From: Gemmatimonadales bacterium
GTDB lineage: Bacteria > Gemmatimonadota > Gemmatimonadetes > Gemmatimonadales > GWC2-71-9
Assembly (NCBI GenBank): GCA_041577295.1
Contig: JBFGJG010000003.1
Location: 145,069-209,068 of the forward strand
Length of the DNA stretch: 64,000 nt
Reading direction: 5' to 3'
In this document: piece by piece, positions 38,609-47,298 of the stretch
Layout: each line of letters begins with the position of its first letter
Numbering within the stretch: the stretch's first letter is position 1
Position numbers and translations under genes: made by a program
Notes under the pieces: model-generated
Seen by the model: the letters and a program-made list of their open reading frames with translations, nothing else
Told to the model about the DNA's origin: nothing
Databases searched by the model: none

Positions 38609-39355
38609 CTAGATCGTTTCGCCGTACTTGCGTGCGTGGAGTTGTTTGGCCTGTTGGACCCACCTGTCGCGCAGGATCCGCCCGGACAGCGCTCCTAGTT
38701 GCTCACTCACCCGCGCGATCGCATCGTGGTCCCAAGACGCCACGTCGCGGAACGTGTGGTACCCGAGGGCGTTGAGGACACGTTCGATGGCTGGCCCGAT
38801 ACCTCGAATCTGCTGCAGATCGTCCGACGTCGGTGCGGTGCCTTTGCGGGTTGAAGCCGTGGTTGTAGCCGCGTGGCGCACCGGCTCCGGCTGCGGGGGT
38901 CCCGGTGGCAGCGTCTCCGGCTCGCGGAACATCCGTTCTAACTCCGCAAGGCGCTTGAGCTGCGATTCGAGCGCTTCGCGGCGCCCGTGCACTTCGCGCT
39001 CCAGCTCGCGAACTCGTGAGCGGTGCGTATCGAGCTCCCCACGGCAGTCGGCAAGTTGTTCCTTCAGCGTCTCCGCGGTGCCACGTGACTTGGATAGCTG
39101 TTGCTCGAGCTCCTGTACTTTGGTGGTGCTCCTCCCGATTTCAATCTCCAACTCGGCAAGTTGGGACTCCCGGGAGGCCAGATCGCGCCGCAAGCTCTCG
39201 AGCTGAGCCTCCTGCGCTTCAAAGGCCTCGACGAGCCGGGCGTGGGTCTTTGGATTCACCTGCGGGCCGCTTGCCCGTGCAAACCACCCCAGCGCAATAC
39301 CAAGGACAAACGCGACGAGAAGAAAGAACAGGATCTGTGTAACGAGGTAGAGCAC
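38609..39355 (-). CDS. Membrane-anchored coiled-coil protein with C-terminal HhH (COG3743-like) domain
   Basis: MLYLVTQILFFLLVAFVLGIALGW TM; coiled coil; DDLQQIRGIGPAIERVLNALG...RDRWVQQAK. Confidence 0.82.
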   Translation of the reverse strand: MLYLVTQILFFLLVAFVLGIALGWFARASGPQVNPKTHARLVEAFEAQEAQLESLRRDLASRESQLAELEIEIGRSTTKVQELEQQLSKSRGTAETLKEQLADCRGELDTHRSRVRELEREVHGRREALESQLKRLAELERMFREPETLPPGPPQPEPVRHAATTTASTRKGTAPTSDDLQQIRGIGPAIERVLNALGYHTFRDVASWDHDAIARVSEQLGALSGRILRDRWVQQAKQLHARKYGETI

Positions 39356-39357
39356 GA

Positions 39358-39654
39358 TCAGCGACCGGATAGCATTGAGTCTGGAGAGGATACTCGGATC
39401 GACCGAATCCCCGGTATCTGCTGCAGGACACGTGTCGCACTATCGGTATACTGTGGCTCGGCGAGCGACCGCGTGAGAACGGCATCCCGACCGTTGAAGA
39501 CCACGAGATCGAGTGGAAGACCCGCACTCTGCAGTGCAATGGCTGATCGGCTTTCGAGGTCTGTGCGGATTCGAGGCACGGTGTGCGCTACAGTCCACAC
39601 GCACACGAGGGCGAAGGCTGCGAGCCCCATCGCACCGACGATTCGATCATTCAC
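39358..39654 (-). CDS. Small membrane-anchored BON-like domain protein
   Basis: TM, then IRTDL...VFNGRDAVLT...IPGIRSI, resembling a BON fold; ends 2 nt upstream of the next gene. Confidence 0.6.
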   Translation of the reverse strand: MNDRIVGAMGLAAFALVCVWTVAHTVPRIRTDLESRSAIALQSAGLPLDLVVFNGRDAVLTRSLAEPQYTDSATRVLQQIPGIRSIRVSSPDSMLSGR

Positions 39655-39737
39655 GACAATACCGTTCCGAGGCAGCTAACACGCACGTGGGGAGGTTCGG
39701 GATTCTCGCGAGGGGTGTCGAGCGCCGCAAGGCCGCG

Positions 39738-39784
39738 AAGACGAAAGGCGTCGAGGTGTGGAGCTTCCGATCCACCTCGACGCC
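39738..39784 (-). terminator. Probable intrinsic terminator / attenuator in the leader of the BON-like gene
   Basis: 12-bp stem GGCGTCGAGGTG / CACCTCGACGCC, followed on the minus strand by TTTCGTCTT. Confidence 0.6.
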
Positions 39785-40024
39785 AACGCCCTGGGAAAGA
39801 GGGTGCGGCACCCGGGCCCGGTCGAGTGACTCCCCGCCAGCGAGCCAGATTACGACCGTTGATCGACCCGGGTGCCACAAAGGAGCAACCAAACGAAACG
39901 CGGTACGCTCCTGGGCTAATACCCACTGAAGGCTAATTCACTCCTTTTATAGGAATTATGAAGTCTCCGTGAAGAGCCCTCATATCAGCCACCCCCCATA
40001 TGTGACGCCATCGGCGTCTGTACA

Positions 40025-40060
40025 ATACTCTCCTTGAGAATATATTCTCTGGGTGAGCAT
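40025..40060 (+). promoter_or_regulatory. Putative PadR operator (double inverted repeat) overlapping a TACAAT -10-like box
   Basis: ATACTC-N5-GAGAAT-AT-ATTCTC-N5-GAGCAT; the core GAGAATATATTCTC is a perfect palindrome; TACAAT at 40021-40026. Confidence 0.6.
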
Positions 40061-40081
40061 CTTGAGCTCGGAGGAATCGAG

Positions 40082-40447
40082 GTGCCCAAGGCCCCGGACA
40101 ACCCAAGCCGCTTTCTCCCACTGACACCGGTGGCGTTCGAGATCCTGCTCGGTCTGGCGGACCAGAGCCGTCACGGGTACGGCGTCATGCAGGAGGTCGA
40201 GCGGCGCACAGGCGGACGCCTCCGGCTTCGTCCTGGCACCCTGTACCGGGCAATCAACCGGCTGCTCCACACCGGCCTGCTCGAAGAGGTGCCGGCGAAC
40301 GGCGATACCGAACGGGATGATACGCGCCGTCGGTACTACCGGTTGACCGACCTCGGCCGGCGGGTCGCGACGGCGGAGGCCAATCGGCTCGCCCGCGCGG
40401 TGGAGGCGGCTCGGGTCAAGAACCTCCTCAGCCCGGAGAACGCGTAA
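40082..40447 (+). CDS. PadR family transcriptional regulator
   Basis: FEILLGL...HGYGVMQEV...PGTLYRAI...RRRYYRLT; GGAGG RBS before GTG 40082. Confidence 0.92.
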   Translation: MPKAPDNPSRFLPLTPVAFEILLGLADQSRHGYGVMQEVERRTGGRLRLRPGTLYRAINRLLHTGLLEEVPANGDTERDDTRRRYYRLTDLGRRVATAEANRLARAVEAARVKNLLSPENA

Positions 40448-40448
40448 C

Positions 40449-43172
40449 GTGGCCGCCCCCTTCGAGCGGGTGATCCGCAGCCTCACCCGTCCGGTACTGT
40501 TGCTTTACCCGCGACACACCCGAGACCGCTTCGGTGAAGAGCTGCTGCACGTCATCGTCCAGCGCGTGCGCCGAGATCGAGCAGTCCATGGGTCGTTCCG
40601 CTGCGTCCTCCGCTGGCTGCTCGACCTCGCCGACGTGGCGGCCGCCGGTATGCTCGAGCGAATCGGCGACCTGACGGCAACTCGAGCGGCAACAGGGCGA
40701 GGCCAAGCTCCCCTGCCCCGAACGCAACCGAGCTCGAAGAAGGACGAGACCACCATGTCCCGCTTCATCCAAGACGTTCGGTACGCCATCAGGACGCTCG
40801 CCAAGCAGCCGGTGTTTGCCTCAACCCTGGTTGTCACCGTGGCACTGGGCGTCGGCGCCAACACGGCGATGTTCAGCGTTGTGCACGGCATTCTCTTGCG
40901 GCCGTTGCCGTATCCTGAGGGCCATGAACTCGTCCGTGTCTTTCAGAGCGATCGGATCAATGACACGCAGCGCGAGGGCGTTTCCGGTCCGGACTACTTC
41001 GATTACCTCGCACAGCAAACAGTCTTCGAGGGGATGGCGGCGTGGACGGGATTCAATCCGACTATTACCGATGCCACCTCAGCGCCGGAGCGGGTCTCCA
41101 CAGCCCAGGTCACCTACACATTCCTTCCGACAATCGGGCTTACTCCCGTGCTGGGACGCGGCTTTCTCCCAGCGGAGGACTCGCCGGGTGGAGCCAACAC
41201 CGCCATCGTCAGTCACGGCTTCTGGACGCGCCGATTCGGTGCCGACACGACCGTATTGGGTCGGCCGATCCGGCTCGACGGAACGGCGTACATGATTGTC
41301 GGCATCCTGCCTCGGGATTTTCGCTTCCTCACCGCCGTCGACATGCTGGTCCCGCTCCAATATGGACCCACGACCAGAAGCAGAGGCGTGCACAATCTCG
41401 GGGTCGTTGCCCGGCTGCGAGACGGCGCGACCATCGACATGGCACGCTCCGAAATGAATCGCATCATGGCGGCGCTCGAGGAGCAGTACCCCGATGACAA
41501 CGTGGGGCGGGGCGCGAACGTCGAGTTGTTATCGGAGTTCGTGACGGGAAACGTCCGTTCCCCACTATTCATTCTGATGGGCGCGGTGATGCTCGTGCTG
41601 CTCATCATGTGCGCGAACGTGGCCAACATGCTGCTCGCTCGGGGAACCACGCGGCAGCGGGAGATGGCGGTGCGAGCGGCGCTCGGTGCCAGTCGTGGCC
41701 GACTGGCGCTTCAATTGCTCGCGGAGAGTCTCATCCTGGCATGCCTGGGCGGCGCCCTCGGGGTGCTTGTTGCCTTGGGCGGGCTCCGCGTCTTGCTCGC
41801 GCTCAACCCAACGAGCCTGCCGCGGCTAGCCGAAGTCTCCTTGAGCGCACCCGTGCTCGCCTTCGCACTGATACTGACGGTCGTGACGGGGGTGGCGTTC
41901 GGCGTGTTGCCAGCGCTTCAGGGATCGCAACACCGACTCCACGAGACCCTCGGCGAGGGTGCACGCACCTCATCCGGCCCCGGAACCGGAAGGGTCCGGG
42001 CGGCCTTGGTCGTGACCCAGGTCGCGTTCGCCTTCGTGCTGGTGGTTGGTGCCGGGCTACTCATCCGCAGTATGTGGAATCTGACGAGTGTCGATCCCGG
42101 TTTTCAGTACAGGAACCTCGTCACGGTGTCCGTGAGCCTGCCACAGGACCGGTATCCGTCGGACTTTCGCCAGTGGCCAGACGCGCCTGAGGTCAAGAGG
42201 TTCTACGCATCCGCCCTAGCGGCTGCGCAGCGTATTCCGTCGGTGACGGGCGCGGCTATGGCACTCAATCACCCCGCCAATCCTGGTTGGACCACGCGGA
42301 TCTCCATCGAGGGCGGTCCGCTCACCGTGGAGGAAGGAGTCGAGGAGGAGCGTCTCCGTCCCATCTCGCCCGGCTACTTCAAGACGATCGGGACGCCGCT
42401 TACCCGTGGCCGCGATTTCAGCGATTTCGATCGTGGCGAGTCAACCCCCGTCGTCATCGTCAACGAGGCCTTCGTGCGAAAGTACTTTCCCTCCGAGAAT
42501 GCGTTGGGGAAGCGAGTCCAGTTCTGGGGAACCATGCGGGAAATCGTGGGCGTCGTGGCGGACGTGAGGTTCATGGGTGTCAACGCTCCCGTCGAGCCCG
42601 CCGTCTACGCTCCGATGAGCCAGCTTCCGTTCTCGCAGTTTGATATCATCCTGCGCGGTGACGCACCCGCTGAGCAAATCATTCAGAGCATGCGTTCAGA
42701 GATCCGCCAAATCGATGGGGAGCTCGCCATGTTCGGGGGACAGTCGTTCGAGAGCATCCTCGCCAGCGCCCTCGGGTCACAGCGATTCAACATGATTATG
42801 CTGGGCATGTTCGCGCTCCTCGCGCTGGTGCTGGCGGCCGTTGGAATCTACGGAGTCGTCTCCTACGGTGTCTCCCGCCGTGCTCACGAGTTCGGCGTGC
42901 GGATGTCGCTCGGCGCCAACTCGGGCGATGTGAGTCGCCTCGTCCTCACCCAAGCCGTACGGATGACGGCGGCGGGGGTTGGGCTCGGGCTGATTGGGGC
43001 GGTGGTCGGGTCGAAGATCATTACTGGGATGCTGTATGGTGTGGCCCCGACGGACCCCGCAACGCTCGGCGGCGTTGCGCTCTTCTTGTCTGGGGTGGCA
43101 CTCTGTGCAGCGTTGATCCCCGCGCTGCGCGCGAGCCGGGTGGATCCCGTCACTGCCCTCCGCCTGGAGTGA
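40449..43172 (+). CDS. ADOP-type duplicated ABC permease (MacB-like, no linked ATPase)
   Basis: Prefix LLLYP...FGEE; QDVRYAIR, LGVGANTAMFS, CANVANMLLARG, EFGVRMSLGA, RASRVDPVTALR; follows PadR. Confidence 0.9.
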   Translation: MAAPFERVIRSLTRPVLLLYPRHTRDRFGEELLHVIVQRVRRDRAVHGSFRCVLRWLLDLADVAAAGMLERIGDLTATRAATGRGQAPLPRTQPSSKKDETTMSRFIQDVRYAIRTLAKQPVFASTLVVTVALGVGANTAMFSVVHGILLRPLPYPEGHELVRVFQSDRINDTQREGVSGPDYFDYLAQQTVFEGMAAWTGFNPTITDATSAPERVSTAQVTYTFLPTIGLTPVLGRGFLPAEDSPGGANTAIVSHGFWTRRFGADTTVLGRPIRLDGTAYMIVGILPRDFRFLTAVDMLVPLQYGPTTRSRGVHNLGVVARLRDGATIDMARSEMNRIMAALEEQYPDDNVGRGANVELLSEFVTGNVRSPLFILMGAVMLVLLIMCANVANMLLARGTTRQREMAVRAALGASRGRLALQLLAESLILACLGGALGVLVALGGLRVLLALNPTSLPRLAEVSLSAPVLAFALILTVVTGVAFGVLPALQGSQHRLHETLGEGARTSSGPGTGRVRAALVVTQVAFAFVLVVGAGLLIRSMWNLTSVDPGFQYRNLVTVSVSLPQDRYPSDFRQWPDAPEVKRFYASALAAAQRIPSVTGAAMALNHPANPGWTTRISIEGGPLTVEEGVEEERLRPISPGYFKTIGTPLTRGRDFSDFDRGESTPVVIVNEAFVRKYFPSENALGKRVQFWGTMREIVGVVADVRFMGVNAPVEPAVYAPMSQLPFSQFDIILRGDAPAEQIIQSMRSEIRQIDGELAMFGGQSFESILASALGSQRFNMIMLGMFALLALVLAAVGIYGVVSYGVSRRAHEFGVRMSLGANSGDVSRLVLTQAVRMTAAGVGLGLIGAVVGSKIITGMLYGVAPTDPATLGGVALFLSGVALCAALIPALRASRVDPVTALRLE

Positions 43173-43184
43173 GGACGGGGCCGC

Positions 43185-44501
43185 TCACCGATTGACGGGA
43201 TCGGCGCTCGTAAGGCCGGAAGGCAACCGCGGTGACGACAACAAGCGACCAAACTCGCGCCATGCACGCTCACGTGACGCGCCGGCGTGTGACGTCACAT
43301 GTTGGGCGACCAGATCGCGCCCCAGGTTGTAGTTGATGACGTAGCTGCGGTACTGGTCAATGAAGCGAATCCGCTGACGCGCGCGGGCCGGCGCCATGAG
43401 CGCGTACGTTTCCAACCATTGCGCCGCTGAGTCCGCAGCGATCTCCCCATCCAAATACTGCCGCGCTGCCTCGTTCCCGGCGTAACTCAGTTCCTCCACC
43501 AAGCCCTGAACCTCGTAGTAAGCCCCCGCCCGTGATGGATCGAGACCGGCCAGCGGAAACAGGGCGTCACGCTCGAATGCGACCCGCTCCTCTCCGGGGA
43601 ATGCCATACGAATGCCGTGGTTGGCGCTTCCCTCCGCGATTAACGACTGCGGGCTGAAGAGTGCGTAGACCGAGTACTCCATCCAACCCCGATCTCGCAC
43701 GAGGTGTTTCTCGAGCAGCGCGTTGTACGTGTGATGACCGGGATACCCCTCATGGCACGCGAGGTCGATGGCGCGATCGGCGTAGATGGGGAGATCGGTA
43801 TTGACCTGAATCAAGCTCGTGAAGTTGCCTTGATACCAGTTGTATCCACTCCATGACTTGTCGGTTACGTACTCGACGGTAAACGCCTCGCCGGTGGGCA
43901 AGGTGAGCCACCGCTCGGTTCTCGCCCGACACTCGGCGATTGCGGCGCGAAACACCGTATCCAGTCGCGCTGGGGGGATGACGAACCGCGCGCGAAACCG
44001 CTCGTACCGGGTCTGCACGGCCCCAGACCCCGGAAGGGCCCGATCGAGCCTGGTCAACACATTTTGAAAGTGAGCTTCACCGAGCTCGGGAGCGACCGCG
44101 TCGTACAACGCCGCCGACTCCTGATCGAAGCTCAAGCGCGTGCCCAAGAGCATTTCCGCACGCGCGATCAGCGACTCGAGTTGCCGTTGCAGGTAGTGGT
44201 GCCGCAGGCGCTCCATCTCTCCGGACAGGTCGCTGAACGCGTCTAGCTGCTCAACCAGCGCCAACGCGCGCTCGCGAATGCCGTCGATCGACAACCCTTC
44301 TTCCTCCACGGCCGAGCGCCACTCCGGCGGTCCATAGTACGCATCCACATAATCTGCGTCGTGTGCGCCCATGGCGAGCACGAGCTTCACGTACGATTCG
44401 GCAATCGCATTCATAGACGGAGGAGAGGGTGAGCAGCCGAGCAGCGGGCCCATGCTGAGGACCACGGCCACGGACCACCTGCCGAGGATTCCCATGCGCA
44501 T
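43185..44501 (-). CDS. Lipoprotein with DUF885-like zinc-metallopeptidase motif
   Basis: Lipobox LLGC; VDAYYGP; WSGYNWYQG; HEGYPGHH...IAEG; SYVINYNLG. Confidence 0.75.
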   Translation of the reverse strand: MRMGILGRWSVAVVLSMGPLLGCSPSPPSMNAIAESYVKLVLAMGAHDADYVDAYYGPPEWRSAVEEEGLSIDGIRERALALVEQLDAFSDLSGEMERLRHHYLQRQLESLIARAEMLLGTRLSFDQESAALYDAVAPELGEAHFQNVLTRLDRALPGSGAVQTRYERFRARFVIPPARLDTVFRAAIAECRARTERWLTLPTGEAFTVEYVTDKSWSGYNWYQGNFTSLIQVNTDLPIYADRAIDLACHEGYPGHHTYNALLEKHLVRDRGWMEYSVYALFSPQSLIAEGSANHGIRMAFPGEERVAFERDALFPLAGLDPSRAGAYYEVQGLVEELSYAGNEAARQYLDGEIAADSAAQWLETYALMAPARARQRIRFIDQYRSYVINYNLGRDLVAQHVTSHAGASRERAWREFGRLLSSPRLPSGLTSADPVNR

Positions 44502-44679
44502 AGTCACGAATGTACTCGGAGACGGCGCCTGCATGGTAGCCAGATCGACGGAGCGGCTGGGGCGCGAGCCACCGTCACGGCGCAACGCTTGCCGAGCGGC
44601 GCGCCGCGGGGCATCTTGTGTGGTGGGCCGTGCAAGTACGCCGGCCCTGACACTTCAGAATCACGGCATTGAGGGGGTT

Positions 44680-44883
44680 ATGAGCAAAGGGAAGGAATTC
44701 CTTCACCGATTGCACGAGGCACTCGGTGAGTTTGAGAAATCGATCGTGCGCCGCGAGCATAAGAAGCTATTGGATGACCGCGTAGTGCTACAGCAGAATG
44801 TAGACGACGCCCGGCGAAAGGTCGTCGAGACCGTCGTCGAGCTCGTCAAGGAAGCACAGGTAGAGTACCTCGGGGAAGCGTAG
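44680..44883 (+). CDS. Small helical hypothetical protein
   Basis: GAGGGG RBS; MSKGKEFLHRLHEALGEFEKSIVRREHKK...; 67 aa. Confidence 0.7.
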   Translation: MSKGKEFLHRLHEALGEFEKSIVRREHKKLLDDRVVLQQNVDDARRKVVETVVELVKEAQVEYLGEA

Positions 44884-44965
44884 GACACCGCAGTTCGCTC
44901 GAGGCGCCTCGCGCCCTATGGCCGGCGAGGGTGTGTACGCCCTCCCGGCCGGCGTTGTCGAGAGA

Positions 44966-45388
44966 TCAGGTCAATCGGTAGGACACGAACCGGTTGGTTC
45001 CATTGAGGGCAGCCTTTGCGGCCGCCAGCGGCGGATCGCCGCGTACCTCGCAGAACCCCGTGAAACGATGCGTCTCGCCGGCGTGTTCTGCACGGACTGC
45101 AATAATGACCGCGGGACAATCGAAGGATTCGACGGTTTTGACGTCGACGGCGGTGAACGTGCCCTCCGCGGTACCAAAAGAGCGCTCCAGGGCCTTGAGC
45201 GCCGCTGCCGCCGCACAGCGCAGCTCACCAGCCGGGGACCACTCCCCGTCCGCGAGACCAACAAAGGTCTGATCCAAGTGGGCGCCCAGACGGCGGGCGA
45301 GGGTGACCCGCGCACGACACTGCTCGCCCGGCAGATGCTCTACCGCGACCGCCTTAAGCTGTGCCCGTAGTGATTTCCCCGCTGCCAT
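44966..45388 (-). CDS. Hypothetical protein
   Basis: 140-aa ORF with alpha/beta pattern ending AAAKAALNGTNRF. Confidence 0.65.
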   Translation of the reverse strand: MAAGKSLRAQLKAVAVEHLPGEQCRARVTLARRLGAHLDQTFVGLADGEWSPAGELRCAAAAALKALERSFGTAEGTFTAVDVKTVESFDCPAVIIAVRAEHAGETHRFTGFCEVRGDPPLAAAKAALNGTNRFVSYRLT

Positions 45389-45488
45389 GGCGTGCTTTCT
45401 CTCGGCGGAGGTCCGGCGTTCATGTCGAGTTCAGGCGCTCTTCAGACCTGCCGGACCATTATGGAGCGACCCCCGCAGGGAGGGATCC

Positions 45489-45788
45489 GTGCCTCGCAAA
45501 GACCGTCGCAGCGGAGGACTCACGAGAGGGGCCGAAGAATTCTGTCTTCACTATTGTCGGCAGCCTGATGATACCTGCCCGTTCGGCTGGACGCGAGCCC
45601 GGTGTCCATTGTGGCAGTTTGTCGAGGCGGATCTGGAGCTCGGCGAGACGCCCGCACCGATCCCGGAGACAGTCGAGTATCGAGCCTGTCTCGTTCGCGC
45701 CCGGCGCGACGGTGGGCGTCCCTTCTCCGCGGCGCGCATCACCGAAGCCAATTTTGACCCCGAGGAGGGGTTCGACTGGCCCGCTTGA
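45489..45788 (+). CDS. Possible small Cys-rich hypothetical protein
   Basis: GGGAGGG RBS before GTG 45489; FCLHYC...CPF...CPLW. Confidence 0.4.
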   Translation: MPRKDRRSGGLTRGAEEFCLHYCRQPDDTCPFGWTRARCPLWQFVEADLELGETPAPIPETVEYRACLVRARRDGGRPFSAARITEANFDPEEGFDWPA

Positions 45789-45821
45789 ATCCAGCTCACG
45801 AGCTGTCTCACCGCGGGGCCG

Positions 45822-46067
45822 TCAGTTCCAACGCCGCGGTCCGCCCTGAACGACCTCTGCGGGCACGGAAGGCTGCTCCGCTTCGCGAGCGCGACCAACC
45901 ATGCCAATCGACCCCGGCTGGTCTGCGCGGTTGTCTATCCGGCACCCGGAGCAGGCGGTGATCTGACCCGAGCGACACCCGTGCCCCTCTCTACCGCGGT
46001 GTCGGACAAACAGCCCGAAAACGACGAACAGCACGCCAAGTCCCAGCACGCTGATGATCGTGCTCAT
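45822..46067 (-). CDS. Small single-TM Cys-rich protein (NqrM / FeoB-associated-like)
   Basis: ATG overlaps the rnfA stop (ATGA); TM, then GCRSGQITACSGC. Confidence 0.65.
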   Translation of the reverse strand: MSTIISVLGLGVLFVVFGLFVRHRGREGHGCRSGQITACSGCRIDNRADQPGSIGMVGRAREAEQPSVPAEVVQGGPRRWN

Positions 46068-46642
46068 GTCGCACTCAGCAAGCCTGCAAACCCCATGAAG
46101 GCCAGGGAGAGACTTCCGGCGATAATCAAAACCAGCGCCATGCCTTTGGCGAGATCCGGAATGTTCGCCAGTTCCGTGTTCTCTCGAATCGAAGCCATCA
46201 ACACGAGCGCCAGGGTCAGGCCCAGGCCAGCGCCGACCGCGAAAAACAATCCCTCGAGCAATCCGTAGCCGCGATTGGTCTGGAAGATCGCCAGGCCCAG
46301 GATCGCGCAGTTGGTCGTGATCAAAGGCAGGTAGATCCCTAGCTGCCGGAAGAGCACGGGGCTCACCTTCTTCACAACCATCTCGACGATCTGTACCAGC
46401 GAGGCGATCACAACGATGAACGAGATGAGTCGCAGATACGGAGCGTAGCTCAGCACAAACGTATTCAGAAACCAAGCGGCCACTGACGTGAGCACCATGA
46501 CGAAGATGTTCGCCGCACCCATCCGGAGCGCCGTAGAGACCCGTGCGGAGACACCCATGAAGGGACAGAGTCCAAGGAACAGCGCGAGGGTGAAGTTGTT
46601 CACCACCATGGCCGAGACGAGAATCCACACGAGGTTGTCCAT
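46064..46642 (-). CDS. rnfA: Rnf electron transport complex subunit A
   Basis: NNFTLALFLGLCPFMGVS, LGIYLPLITTNCAILG. Confidence 0.95.
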   Translation of the reverse strand: MDNLVWILVSAMVVNNFTLALFLGLCPFMGVSARVSTALRMGAANIFVMVLTSVAAWFLNTFVLSYAPYLRLISFIVVIASLVQIVEMVVKKVSPVLFRQLGIYLPLITTNCAILGLAIFQTNRGYGLLEGLFFAVGAGLGLTLALVLMASIRENTELANIPDLAKGMALVLIIAGSLSLAFMGFAGLLSAT

Positions 46643-47298
46643 CACGCGGCCTTTTCGGAGGCGACGCCCTCGGGCCACTCACGCACCATCGGCTTGGTCG
46701 TGCGACGCCGGTGAGCCCAGTTGAGCGCGAGGAGAAGGAAGCCCAACGTGAGGAATCCCCCGGGCGGGAGGATCATGATCACCCAGGGCTCATAGCTCGG
46801 ACCAAACACACTCCGGCCGAGCACGGTGCCGTTGCCCAAGACTTCGCGCACGGCCCCCATCAAGAGCAGGGCGATCACAAACCCAAAACCGGTTCCCGCG
46901 GCATCCAGAATCGAGCGGCCGATGGGCTGTTTGGAGGCGAACGCTTCCTGCCGGCTCAAGATCATGCAATTGACCACGATCAGGGCGATAAAGGCCCCGA
47001 GCGCTTTGTGGATCTCGGGTACCACCGCTTCGAGCGTCATGTCGGCCACCGTGACGAACGTCGCGATGATCATGATGTACGTCGAGATGCGTACTTGGTG
47101 GGGGATAAACCGCTTGAATGTCGAGACCAACGCACTCGACCCCACGAGAACGAAGAATGTCGCGAGTCCCATCGCGAGGCTATTAGCGACCGTGTTGGTG
47201 ACCGCGAGAGCCGGACACAAGCCGAGCATTTGGATGAGCACGGGGTTCTCACGCCAAATCCCACGCAGCAAATTCTCTTGTGCCGTGGCCTCGGTCAT
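46642..47298 (-). CDS. rnfE: Rnf electron transport complex subunit E
   Basis: ENPVLIQMLGLCPALAVT, LIVVNCMIL, LPPGGF. Confidence 0.95.
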   Translation of the reverse strand: MTEATAQENLLRGIWRENPVLIQMLGLCPALAVTNTVANSLAMGLATFFVLVGSSALVSTFKRFIPHQVRISTYIMIIATFVTVADMTLEAVVPEIHKALGAFIALIVVNCMILSRQEAFASKQPIGRSILDAAGTGFGFVIALLLMGAVREVLGNGTVLGRSVFGPSYEPWVIMILPPGGFLTLGFLLLALNWAHRRRTTKPMVREWPEGVASEKAA

